Part shown: one piece after another, positions 1-17,700 of the stretch | How positions within the stretch are numbered: position 1 is the stretch's first letter | How the letters are laid out: each line of letters begins with the position of its first letter | Source: Mesotaenium endlicherianum | Taxonomy: Eukaryota | Reading direction: 5' to 3' | Assembly: GCA_009602735.1 (NCBI GenBank) | Contig: WELA01002297.1 | Span: 216,161-271,806, forward strand | Length of the DNA stretch: 55,646 nt | The notes under the pieces: model-generated | What the model was told of the DNA's origin: nothing | Database searches by the model: none | What the model saw: the letters and a program-made list of their open reading frames with translations, nothing else | Program-made: the position numbers and the translations under genes

Positions 1-5987
<5,987 letters not shown>

Positions 5988-6452
5988 GAGCAGTGCTGCA
6001 TTCGATTTGGTATAGAGAGTTTACCTGGCATGCCGCACGACCTGCGGCTTCTAGCAGTTGGCTCGTGAAGAGCGCCGCTCGGATCGACCTGCAGCTGCGG
6101 GACATGGCTTATTTTGAGACGTCACTCTTGAGCGGCTCTATTGTGTCGAATCTGGTGAGGGGTAATGCATGACCAAAAGAGTTCACTGTGTGTTTCGTTT
6201 CTGGTTCTGTAGTGGCCACCTGCAACCTGGAAGCGCATGCTAGGTACCTTTTTGTTCACGCGGTACCCTGGACAACTACTTATCCTATTGTATGTTTATT
6301 TCTGCTTATTCAAGAAAACGGTGAGCTGTTATACATGAGGATTTATTTTGCAGAGAGGACCTGGCCAATGTCAAATCGGCTCTAGAGAACGCCAAAGTAA
6401 AGGAGGTAAAAGGCAGACGCCAGAGATTTGTTGAGATAGAGCCATTTTACTG

Positions 6453-6540
6453 CTTCAACTTAGTGATGAGAGGCCACGAATAAGGCCGTACTCTATAATA
6501 TGGAATAGAGAAGAAAAATGTTGAGACACTGATGTTGAGG
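6453..6540 (+). ncRNA. Weak candidate C/D-box snoRNA
   Basis: Box C GTGATGA at 6463-6469, box D CTGA at 6529-6532, terminal stem CTTCAAC/GTTGAGG. No clear C'/D' boxes and no convincing long rRNA guide. Confidence 0.2.
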
Positions 6541-8750
6541 TCGTGGGACTTGCAATGGCCCTGATGCAAGGAAACATAATCATGACGAAGATGACTGTAC
6601 TGGAGAGCGCTCGACGTCAAAAGAGCAAAAGAAGCTTTGAATTGGTTTTAGAAGTGCTCAAATTTTATAACCGCAGCTTCAGGGGCTTGTAGACATTTAA
6701 GCGTTCAATGCACGCAAAAGGTAGAGGCGGCCCATTCTTGACACTCACTTGGTGCAACAAAGTGTGCACAGCACTCGATCTAGGCCTAAGACGAGGGAGG
6801 ACAAACGAGTGCTAGCGATTGTCAAGGGCGGTTTGCAATTCATCTTGCACTCTACCATTTGGAAGAGACTTTTGCACTTCAAGTAACAACAATCAATTAG
6901 TAAGATTGTATGTCAATTCAACGTACTAAAATAAAATGGGCTCCTCTCTTGGGTTTTTGTCGTGCTAGCTCTACCATGTTCTTTCTTATTAGTAAATACA
7001 TGTAAGGACCTCTTGCTGATGTTTATTTTTTAAGTTGAAATGCTCACAGTTGTGTCATGGAGGACTTGTAGGAAGGCTTCATTCTTCGTGCGTACCTCGA
7101 AAGTGGTACATGTGATGACGTGACTGTCGCTCCCTAGAGGTGGAGGCGTAGTTTTTCAACTTTTAGAAGAAAAATCTTGCTAAGTATGTCAAAGAGTGTG
7201 TTTCTCCCGGTCTCGGAGCTTCTACCACCCACCAACGTTGCTAAAAATGTCCTTTTCTGGTGCTGTTGCCAATTTGAGCAATAAGCACGCTTGTCGGGAG
7301 CGAACGAGGAACCACTGGCTTAATTTACTCCAGCTTTTTGCTGGATAATGTTGCCCTCACTAGATAATATAGAGAGCATGCTCAAAGAGGCCAAAGATGC
7401 TGGCCCAGCGGGAATAGCACATGTAAAATAGACGTGAGAAGAGCACACTCAGGCTAGCTGCCATGGCCCATGGCTGGGAGTGGCTGGGGCTGGGCTGGGG
7501 CCAGCTGGGGCATTTCTTAGGAGATAGAATGTCAACAGCCATTCCTTCAGTCAAAGGCACTTGTGGTGGACTTGGATTGACTACCATCTCGGTCAAGGAT
7601 CTCATCGGCGATCGCGCGTGTATGATTAAAATGCGATGCGATCGGGCAGACTGTGGCAGACCATCTCCCTCGTGCATTCCACCGTGGTGGCACTGCAGTG
7701 CGATACCAGGAGCGGATTTGTGGAAGTAGAGATGAAGCTTCAGCTTATGAACTTAACAGTGAACTTCACAAGTTATTTTTCAGAGAAGCTTTGTTTTTAG
7801 TGGTATATTCATTTAGCATTTTGTTCCTAGCAATCTACATTTCTGCGTACCGTCTCTTTGATTGATTTCCATAAATGAGGGCATCTTGAAGAGCTGTCAG
7901 CCACAAAGCCCCAAAAATCCTAGGCATTGACCTGAAATTGTCAGCTATGGCTTGTCTAATTTGAACGAAGAGCATGGCAAGTAGTGACATTAGCTGGCTG
8001 GATCGTGTGGGGATTCACGGGGTCGTAGTTAGCTCCAGGAGCACAGTGTTTGACGCTCATAATGTAAAAGCCAGAAAGGACAGAAAACATAGTCATGGTG
8101 AATGTGCTACGACGGTCAGAAATCACCCATTTGGCCGGCCACGGTGGAGATTGTATGTATATGGTGCATTGTTAGTACACGTCCTGCTCCACCAACAACT
8201 GGCGGCAGAATCTGAAGAAGATGTTGATGACATGATGGTGGCTGGAACAAAGTTAAAGAGAGCCCACCACTTGTACAGCGTCAGCTTGCTGGACACCCTA
8301 CTCTTCCTCTACCTTATCCAACAAGCTGTGTGTGACACTCACAAGTACAGTGCAGGCGTTACATGCTAGGAGGGAGACTAGTTCGAGCAATGCACCTCTA
8401 GAGCAGGTCTGCTATTCACATAATTGGCTTTATTCTCATATTTCTTTCTCGGGTTCTCACTAGCCACGGTTTTGATGGAGATATGGATGCAACCCGATGG
8501 CCCGATGGCCTCCATGCCCCTAGCAGCTTGACTTTCACAGCTGAAAGGCCTGCAGATTGATCCCCTTGTCATTTGTCACCCCTCCTCGTTTCCTCCATTG
8601 ACAAGGGTTTGCCTGCACCATGTGACTCCTCATAGATCTTCAAAAGTACATTCTCGGGGTCGCCTCTGCCAAGGTTGAAGACAGAGATTATGGCTGCTTG
8701 TTTTTGTAATTGCTTTTTGCTGACCTGGAATTGCTGGTGCCATGTGGCAG

Positions 8751-11700
8751 GCGTGGACTGACCTCTACAGGCTTTCAAACAAGTCGGGGCTCTCTGAGCC
8801 ACTGAACCTACGGGACGCTGCAACAGCTGGCAGCAGCTTCAGGGGATGGGTTCCACCAGCACCGCATCTGCAGGATTGCCAGACGCTGACGAGGCAGAGC
8901 CAGGAGGCCGAGGTGCGAGGGCCCAATGGGGAGCTGCCAGCATGGTCGACAGCGCAGAGCCCGTCGTGCCCACCTCAGCCTCCTTGGGTGAGTCAGCCCC
9001 ACCCCCCCACCCAACCACTGCTTTGCTGGTCCCCTGGTCGTGGAATCCTCCACGGGCCAATCTTGCGAGAGCAGGCAAATGGACATGCTGCATCGGACAT
9101 GCGGTTGTCGCTGCTTGGATTGCTGCTTTCACCGATGGGCATGGGTGTCATAGGGGTTCTCAGTCTGCTTCGGGGTGGTGACCACTCTGACCCGTCAGCG
9201 GCGCTGTTGCAGGTCCGGGGCGCTGACGAGGACAACCTGGCGATGACGCGCCAAGCGCAGGCTGACATCTGGGCGCACCAGTTTCCGGTGGACTGCAACA
9301 AGGAGGGGCTCAAGTTTGTGGTGGCCACGTGGGGCGGGGCCATGGGCCACGGCATCGGTTCAGGCCTCCACATGGCGAGCTACAGCTTCAGCTCGGCCAT
9401 CCACCACGGGCGGATCTTTGTGCTCTACCCGGGCTCCTTCGAGCGGGCCAATCACGATGGCTGCCAGGGTGTGACTCTCTCTCTCTCCCTCCCTCCTTCC
9501 CTCCCTCCCTCCCTCCCTCTTATACGCCAAAAAGCTGGCTGCAATAAAGACTCGCTCGCCATATCTCTGTCAGCTAGAAATGTAACAGCTTGGGCACAAC
9601 AAAAGAGGTTACGGAGCCTCCCCCGCTTTGCCGGGCAAGAAAGGGGGGGGGGGGGTATTGTGGGGCCCTGCATCTTCTCTTGCTTCTCAGGCGCGCGCGC
9701 GTGTAGGACTCGGGGCGGAGGAGCTGACCATGAGTCGGAGCATTTGTGGGGGCGCTGGGGGGGAGGAGAAGGGGGGGAGGAGGGAGGCAGGCGAATACAG
9801 GGGCAATGCCAAGTGCTACTTTGCGCCCGTGACGCCCGCGGCGTGCGTGGAGCGCGCCATGGCCCTGTGGAAATCGCAGGAGAACCCCAAGTATGACATC
9901 CACAACGTGGAGAGCGTGCTGGCCTCCGACCTGCCCACCGTGGTGTTTGGGGCGTGGCAGATCGGCATCCGCATGGAGGCGCGCGCGGCCGAGTATGCCA
10001 CCATTCCCTCCCCCTCCCCGCGTCACCGCTTCTGTTGCTGCTGCTGCTGCTGCTGCTGGCTGTGCTACGCTTCACTGGGTCCCCTGCCTTTAGAAAATGT
10101 GCCCTGCGTGGTTGAGGTTGTGTGCGCCATCCTGTGACGTCTACTCAGTGCTGAGCTGGCGTGGGCAGCAAGTGGGGCACGCCGTGGCGGGAGCGCCCGG
10201 TCAGCTTTGAGGTGCTGGGCAACGTGCCCGGGCGGCACTCCGACATTCATCTCAAGGTGCGTGTTGGCCTCTCATGTCACAAGCCCCAGCTTGCCTCCCT
10301 TCTCCTCCCTGCAGGGCTCATTGGGGGTCACTTGGGGCCTCCCACTCGGACATGTGTGGTGTGTCTGAAGCTGACCAAGTTCAGCGTGCCAGTCCAGTTC
10401 AGCAGGTGGACCATGTGGTTGACATGCAGCAGCAACAGCAGGAGCAACAGGAGCAGCAGCAGGAGGACGACGATGACGAGGGGGGCTCGTGTGTCTCGTC
10501 CCCCGCCTTCTGTGTGCACTGCTACTAACGTGAGCTGGAGTGCATACGCAGGCACATGAGCTCCTGTGCACGCAGTCTCTACTGACGCCGCCTCACTCCC
10601 TCACTGTAGACAGTGAGGGGGGATCGCGCGCCCGCCCTATTATGTGACGGCGGCAAAGTGGACTGACTGTGGCTAGCTGTTGTGGCGCAGGTGAACTGGT
10701 GGCTCTCGCAAGCCGTGCGCTTCATGCTGAGGTGGCAGACCACGTACATGTGCCACATCACAAATGAGCTGCGCCACTCCGCATACGGTCTCCAAGTGGC
10801 GCTCCAGGTGCCGTACCTCAGTGGCTCTTTCTTCCCCTTCTTCTGTCTCCCTTGAAAATGCACACGCACGCACGCTCGCCTTCCTCAAGGCTCACTACTG
10901 CAGGTTAGACGGAAGTTCTTGCAATCCGGCACTCGTCATTCCCTCTCGTGATCTCCCACATCTTGCCCACCAATAATCTCCGTTATTCCTTGAGGGGGGG
11001 GGCTCACACTTGCTGGGCATGCAATGAGCCAATGGCCATGCAGGTGGAAGCAGCCAAGGCAAGCCTGCAGCGGGCCTCGAAGGAGATGGGGACAGGTGGC
11101 AACGCCCAGAGCGCTCTCAGCATGGCCAAGGACGCGTCACTGCTGGACGGTTTCGCTGACTCTGACGAGCCGTACATTCCTCGGCCAATCATAAGCCTCC
11201 ACGTGCGCCAGGGCGACAAGGCGGGCGAGATGCGGCTCTTCTCGCTGGCAGCGCACATGTGGCAGGTCCACCGGCTCCGAAAGTTCTCGCCGGGCCTGCG
11301 CCACATCTGGCTCAGCACGGAGATGCAGGTGGGTTCATTCTCTTTGATGTTTTAATCCACACATTGACCTTGTCGCCTACTGCGTCTGCCTAAAGACCGA
11401 AAGTTGCGGAAGTGGATCAAATCAGAGCCGTTCTCGTATGCCTGTGCCTCGTCTTTGCCGGTCATTGCTGTCACTTTGAAGAGCAATTCCGCTTCTTTTA
11501 GGTTGTGGGGTTGGCTTTTAGCTCTTTATACAACACGGCAACTTAGGCTTCGCATGCCAACTCCTAGGAGAGTACGCATTTTGCACCTGGTGCTGCTCTT
11601 TCGAGTTTCGGGGATGTGTGTGTGCACAACCTTGGCTGATGACGTGGCGTACATAGGGGGGGACTTTTGAGCTGTTTCAGAATTGGCTCACTTGCGGTGT

Positions 11701-12026
11701 TAGAGGAGTGTGTGACCCTCGCTTGTTTCATTCCCCAATTCGAGCAGGAGGTGGTCGACGACGCCAACAAGTACAGGCAGTTCAGTTTCTTGTACTCCAA
11801 GAATGCCCGTCAGAATGGAGCGACGTCCATCTTCAACTACGAGCGGTCCGTCGGTTACGAGGAGCTTGTCGGAGGCAGCTTCGCGAACCTTCTCATATCA
11901 GCTGAGAGTGACTACTACGTGGGCACTCTCGGCTCCAACTGGTGCAGGCTTATTAACGAGCTCAGGCTTACAAATGGCCGGTTTAAGTGCGGGTACATCA
12001 GCCTGAATAATTATGACGAGTGGTGA
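8751..12026 (+). CDS. GT23-family alpha-(1,6)-fucosyltransferase-like protein (FUT8/NodZ-related plant family); 5' exon(s) not resolved
   Basis: Exons 8751-8987, 9213-9468, 9791-9992, 10169-10256, 10691-10807, 11044-11328, 11748-12026; phases consistent, 1464 nt. Motifs: PPWVRGADEDNLAMTRQAQADIWAHQFPVDC, RANHDGC..CYF, NWWLSQAVRFMLR, PRPIISLHVRQGDK (GDP-fucose-binding motif I), IWLSTEMQEVVD, ESDYYVGTLGSNWCRLINELR. Confidence 0.85.
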
Positions 12027-13142
12027 TATTTATGTGCGTATAGTTTACATAATAGTAATTGTCAGTTATATTATGCCTTTATGTATATGTCTATATATGT
12101 ATCTGGACAATGTGGACACAAAGACATATCTTTGTGTACGTATGTTTTGGGTGCGCTGTTGTGTCTGACTGTCACAACAGTGGGTGTAGATTGAGTTAGG
12201 CACCAATGACCACTGTGCATATTAGTATGGCCTGCATCAACTGTACCTCATTCAGTGGTAGTCGTTGCACACATTTTCTATCCGAGTGCGCGCTTCTGTG
12301 TCAGCGACAAGGCCGAGGTGCCAGAGGTGCCAGGGAAGCCAGAGTAACACAGGAGATGCATTGGTCACAATAGCATGACATGAATATGTGGCCAACCATT
12401 TCTCCTCTCGGAGCTGCCCTTAGCTGCCTCCCTTCCTCTGCGGAGGCCTACTCTACAGCTGAAGCCCCAGGACTTTCTTGCTCCAAGCTTCTGAGTCTTG
12501 GTCCCTGCTACATATGCCTGTACCCTCCAGCAACTCCTGGCTTAACTTGGCTGCTTAGCTGCTTTCAAGTGACTGGTATAGCTACACGTCAAAGTTTATT
12601 GACTATCTTCTCAGTAGTACTAGGTTTCTAGAGCAATCAAAAGCAAGAGGTTGCACCAAGTGAGGATCGGACTTCCAAAAATGCACAAGAAGGCCCGACG
12701 AGGACATGGGATGGCCTAAAATGAACGTCGGTGCAGTACTATGACACAGCAATGATGTCGGGCACTTGGCGTCCAAAATGATTTGGGTTGCAAGTAGCTT
12801 GCAAGTGGGAATCGGGTGTGATACAGAACCATGCATATGTTACAGAACAAGCTGCCTCTGACCGCCGTCGTGTTTGTCTACATTATCATGCCTTGAAGAT
12901 CTGAGAGAGCGCATAAATACTATCTGATATTCATATTGAGATGTGGTGAATCTGGGTCACCTTGTTTATTTCAAAAAATCTTGCACATAGGGATGCCAAC
13001 AAGGACCATGACACCATATACTTTAAAAAATTGAAATGAAAGCCTTACACTCCATGACTATGGAACGTCCCTTTCATCAAAACCCAGGTGTATCATCTAC
13101 GTCCTTATCCTCTCCTATCAGGTGGCTCATTGATCTTCTTGT

Positions 13143-14675
13143 CTAGTCCAAAATCTTCTCGCCAGTTGACATCGTGTTCCACACAACCGTGCCTACCAAG
13201 TAGAGCCCCACTGCCACCTTGAACACGTCGTCCCACGTACCTGCATGGGCCAGAAGAGAAAGAACAACCGATCAAAAGACTCATAGGATTGTTTCACAGA
13301 GATGCATGACGCACCCAAATGATGTAAGAAGAGTAACAGTAAATTACTAAATCCACGCACTACACACCCACGACTTAACACTCAAATTCTGACGTACTGT
13401 ACCGACAAAGCACCAGCACCGCAAGCTTCCTCTTATGACCCCATGCACCACCTCCACACCCCATGTGTGGATACTACCAGACACGACACGTACTGAGTGG
13501 TCTTCAGATGCAATTACAAATACACCTAAAGGACATTTCTGCACATGCATGACTCTGTATGCATGGATCCCCAGATGTACACACACATAAATATTCACAT
13601 GTGTACGTAGATACACTTGTACGCGTGAATGGTTGTGTGTGTGTGTATGTATGGGCGTATTACCATGTGTTACATATTGATTTCAACAAAAGGAAGAAGC
13701 CACAAAGTGCATGAAGAGCGCTGACATGAACGGGTTTGCAATGCACGACCGCACGAAACCCTCTGAAGTTGAACATTATCACACTGCAATCAAAGAGCGC
13801 CACTTCCGAGTGCAGGTATGGCGCGATCCAGGAGTACCATTCTGGAGGATGAAGCCCGTGACAGCTGTGCCAAGCACGCCAGCAAGGACGCCAGCTGTGT
13901 TGCTTATCCCAAGCAAAACGCCCTGCACATCAAACTCCATGGTTTTGGACATGTCTATATGAGATACTAAAGAAGATGTATGTGCATGTCTTTGAGGTAG
14001 TAGAAGATTCACCCGCACACATGTACTCCCCTGCTCCTATTTTCCAAGGCGGTGAAAGGCACAACATTTGGGCACAACACAAAAAATGTGATGCCGACCT
14101 CCCCGCAAGCGGAAGTATCCCAACGACAACAAAAAGCCTCGCACATTATTAGTCATGCAGACAAGCGAGACTTGCGATCAAAGTTCAGCAGTCACAGAAG
14201 CATGGGGGGAGCACATGGGCCGTGCACACAACACCAGGGCAAAGAGTGCATTCCAGCCGCCTCCTCGATACCCAAACTCAGAGATATGCCTTGCACACTT
14301 TCAGAAGTGTATTTTCCAGAACAACCAACACAGCCTTTGCCCTTGCGCTTCGGCCGCAGAGAAGGGTCAAGTGAAGAGCTAAGAGTGGGAAACTGGATCA
14401 GTCCTCTGCGGCTGGCATTGAAGAGAAGAACGTCCCAGAGTCTATCTGGCAGCCAGTTCGCCTCTCCAAAAGCCCTAGTGGTGTACGCCTTACAAACGGC
14501 AAACGGCAGACGTGGACACAGCGGCGATACACCGTGGCAAAAGCAAAGCACAAGGACAAGGTGCATGCGCTCGCGCACGCAGATCTCTTTGCCCCCACGA
14601 GCAAGCCCAGAATAGGAAAGAACGCACAGGTCAGCCCACCCGCGACAAAGGCGCGTGCATGCGCGCGCGCGCGCA

Positions 14676-14720
<45 letters not shown>

Positions 14721-17700
14721 TGGGGGAAGAGGGGAGGGAATGCACCGAGTAGCGAGGGCCGATGTCCTGGTGGTTGGAGTAGAGGCCAGATTGCGAGAAC
14801 GCGTCACATCCCTGCACGCGTTGCCACACACGGAGGTGGTTGGTAAGTGAAGACAAGCTGTGCACCACACCTGTGCATTTATGTATGAAGGAACAGACAA
14901 TCAAACAATCGAAGCAACATGGCGTGCTGAAACGTGACGAGTCAGAGTCTGCGGCAGCCAATGTGTCCACATGTCGCGACAGGACGGCAACACATGCACA
15001 CATGGGCGCCTTCAAAATCACGTTGCATCCCTCACTACAGCATACATGTGAGCAGTACAGTTGTGTCTATCCCCCACATATCTACATGGGTGTTTGTCAA
15101 TGGTTCACACAGGCACATGAGAGATTGACATGACTTGAAGATAAAGAGAAGGAGAAAGAAGGGGGGAGGGGGGGGGGGGGCTGCAGGCTGTCAGGCAGCC
15201 CTCAAATGGGATGGGGTGGGATGGAAGGGGTGCCCCTTTTCCCTCTGTACCTGAGAGACCATCATGCAGACAACAGCAAGCGCGGGCGTCGTGATTTTGG
15301 AGAGCAGCGAGAGGCACAGCGCCGGCCCCAGGAATCCGATCGTCTGCATCACCTGCTCACTCGACCATACACCCCCGTATATACACTCTCTCTCTCACAA
15401 ACGAGGGTCAGCTGGACACAACCCAGGTTGAGTACTTTCATGCGTGTGTGTGCGGGTGCCCTGTACGCACACACGACACTGCATGCATGGAGCTAACAAG
15501 GGACAATTGCCACACACAACGATTGCAAGGAGAAAAGGGGGGGGGGAGGGGGGACAATTTTGCTACAACTTCATTTGGGCAAACCAGTGCAAGAAGAGCC
15601 CTACAAGAGCACTGCGCGCGCAGGTCGAGGCCCAGTGGCTTCGTCAACCACACACGAGTACACACTGGCATGCATGCGCGTCGACATCAGCAGACATTGA
15701 CACACACATCACACATGCATATACACGTCTATATACAAAGACACATGCACACAGAGTCACACGATAAACACACACATAGCCACACACACACACACACATG
15801 TGCACAGAACACCTCCCGGAAAGAGCACGTGTATGCCTGGACAAGCGCGTGTGCGTGCGTGCGTGCGCCTGAGGCCGTACCTTGCGCACGGTGGTAATGG
15901 AGACACCGCGCGAGATGAGCGTGTCAGCGATCCAGCCGCCCACGTTGGCGGACACGGCCATGGTGAGCCACGGCAGCACGGAGAAGAGGCCCGACTCTGT
16001 CAGGTTGAAGCCCAGCACCTGCTTGCTCGCCCCCGCTCGCGCCCCCACGCCCCCCGCTCGCGCCCGTGCAGAGGGAATCTCAGCCGGAAAGCATTTAGCA
16101 TGCTAGAGCTGAGTCGACTACGTTCAGGTTGCTGCTCCCTGAGGGCAGACGCTGTGCCCGATGTACGCGTGGCTACACTTGCGTGCGCGCGTCGTCGCGC
16201 GTGTCAACGAGGAGAAGACCAGAAAGCTCACGGCGATTGGAGGCTGGACCAGGTCATCGAGCAAGCAACGACAGGCACCCCCGCCGACCACGACCCCAAT
16301 CAACCACCACGCAGGCAACAGGCCAGGACAGGAGGCAAAACGGGCACCCCCGGCTACACCCACACCCCTCCCACGGGTAACAAAGCCAGCCTGGTGAAGC
16401 CAGGCGGGGTAGCGCCAGGCTGGGCCAGCAGGAGTGTAGGCCACGGGCTGAAGGAGGGACCAAGAAGGATCGCACTCAGCGCACTGCAGTCTGCATGCAC
16501 GGCCAAGCGAGGGGGAGCCGAGGGAGGCCCCAAGCCGGTGGGCGAGCGGGTGCGGGTGCGAGGGCACGGAGGGGCGGGTACGCACGTCGTGGTAGTAGGT
16601 GGGCATCCAGGTGAGCAGGATGAAGGTGCCCCAGTTGTGGCAGAAGTGCGAGATGATGATGGCCCACACGGGCGCCTTGCTCAGCAGCAGGCGCCACGGG
16701 ATGGACGTGGGCCGCTCCGCCGACGCGCTCGCGTCCGCCGCGATCAGCGCGCGCTCCGCGGGGTCCAGGTCCGGGCACTCAGACGGCCGGCTGAATGCCT
16801 GCCGGGAAGCAGAAGGGGGTGGGATGGGGTGGGAGGGGGCAAGGGGGGCAGGCATCTCAGGAGCTGCATTCAAAGGATTGCTGGGACTGGAGTACAAGGT
16901 GACTGTATTCCTGCCGAGAAAGAGGGGAAAAGCAAGGGGGCATGAGGGCAGTGGGGGAAAGCGTGGGGGTTGGCCTACATAGCAGTCGAGAGCTGGACAT
17001 GTATGCAGGCCACAACACCGCACCGGATGGAAGAGGGGGGAAAGGCCAGGGGAGGGGGCGCAAGGAGGTCAACGGCGGTGCACCACTGTCAGCATTCTTC
17101 AGCAGCTTGTCAGATGTGCACAAGGTCCAAAAGCTTCAACGGCCGTCTAAGTGCGTGCCGAGAACAAGAGACAAACAAAGAGCGAGAGAGAGGAGGGGGG
17201 AAGGGGAGGGGGGGGGGTCAACGACGATGGGGTTCAAACACTGGAACTCATACACAACTTGTTTGGGGCCCAGAGGGCTGCTTGCTGAGCGCCAGCCGGG
17301 GAAGGAGACAGAGCACGAGAGGCAAGCAAGCCAATGAGAAGCCAGTGGCAGCAAGCTCGCCCCCTCGGCCCACAGGGCCAACACATCCATCGGATCAGAC
17401 TCCCGCAGAGGAGGGGAGAAGCAGAGTGGGGCAGAGTGGGGCAAACAACAGAAGAGGAAGGGAGGGGAGGGCGGGGCGAGTAAAGGGGGCAAAGGGCAGC
17501 GCCAATTGACACCAAAGAAGGCCAGAATGGTGGGAAGAGTGCCAATGATCCACAAAACTCAGTGACTCGGGTCAATGCCCTTGCTGCCTGTTGCGCGGAC
17601 ACAGGGCGTCGGTGTTTGGCGCCCTGTGGGGGCGCCCCATCAGCATCTAGGGGCCCCAACGCTCTAGAAGGCAACTGGAATGGTTTGACTGCAAACAGTG

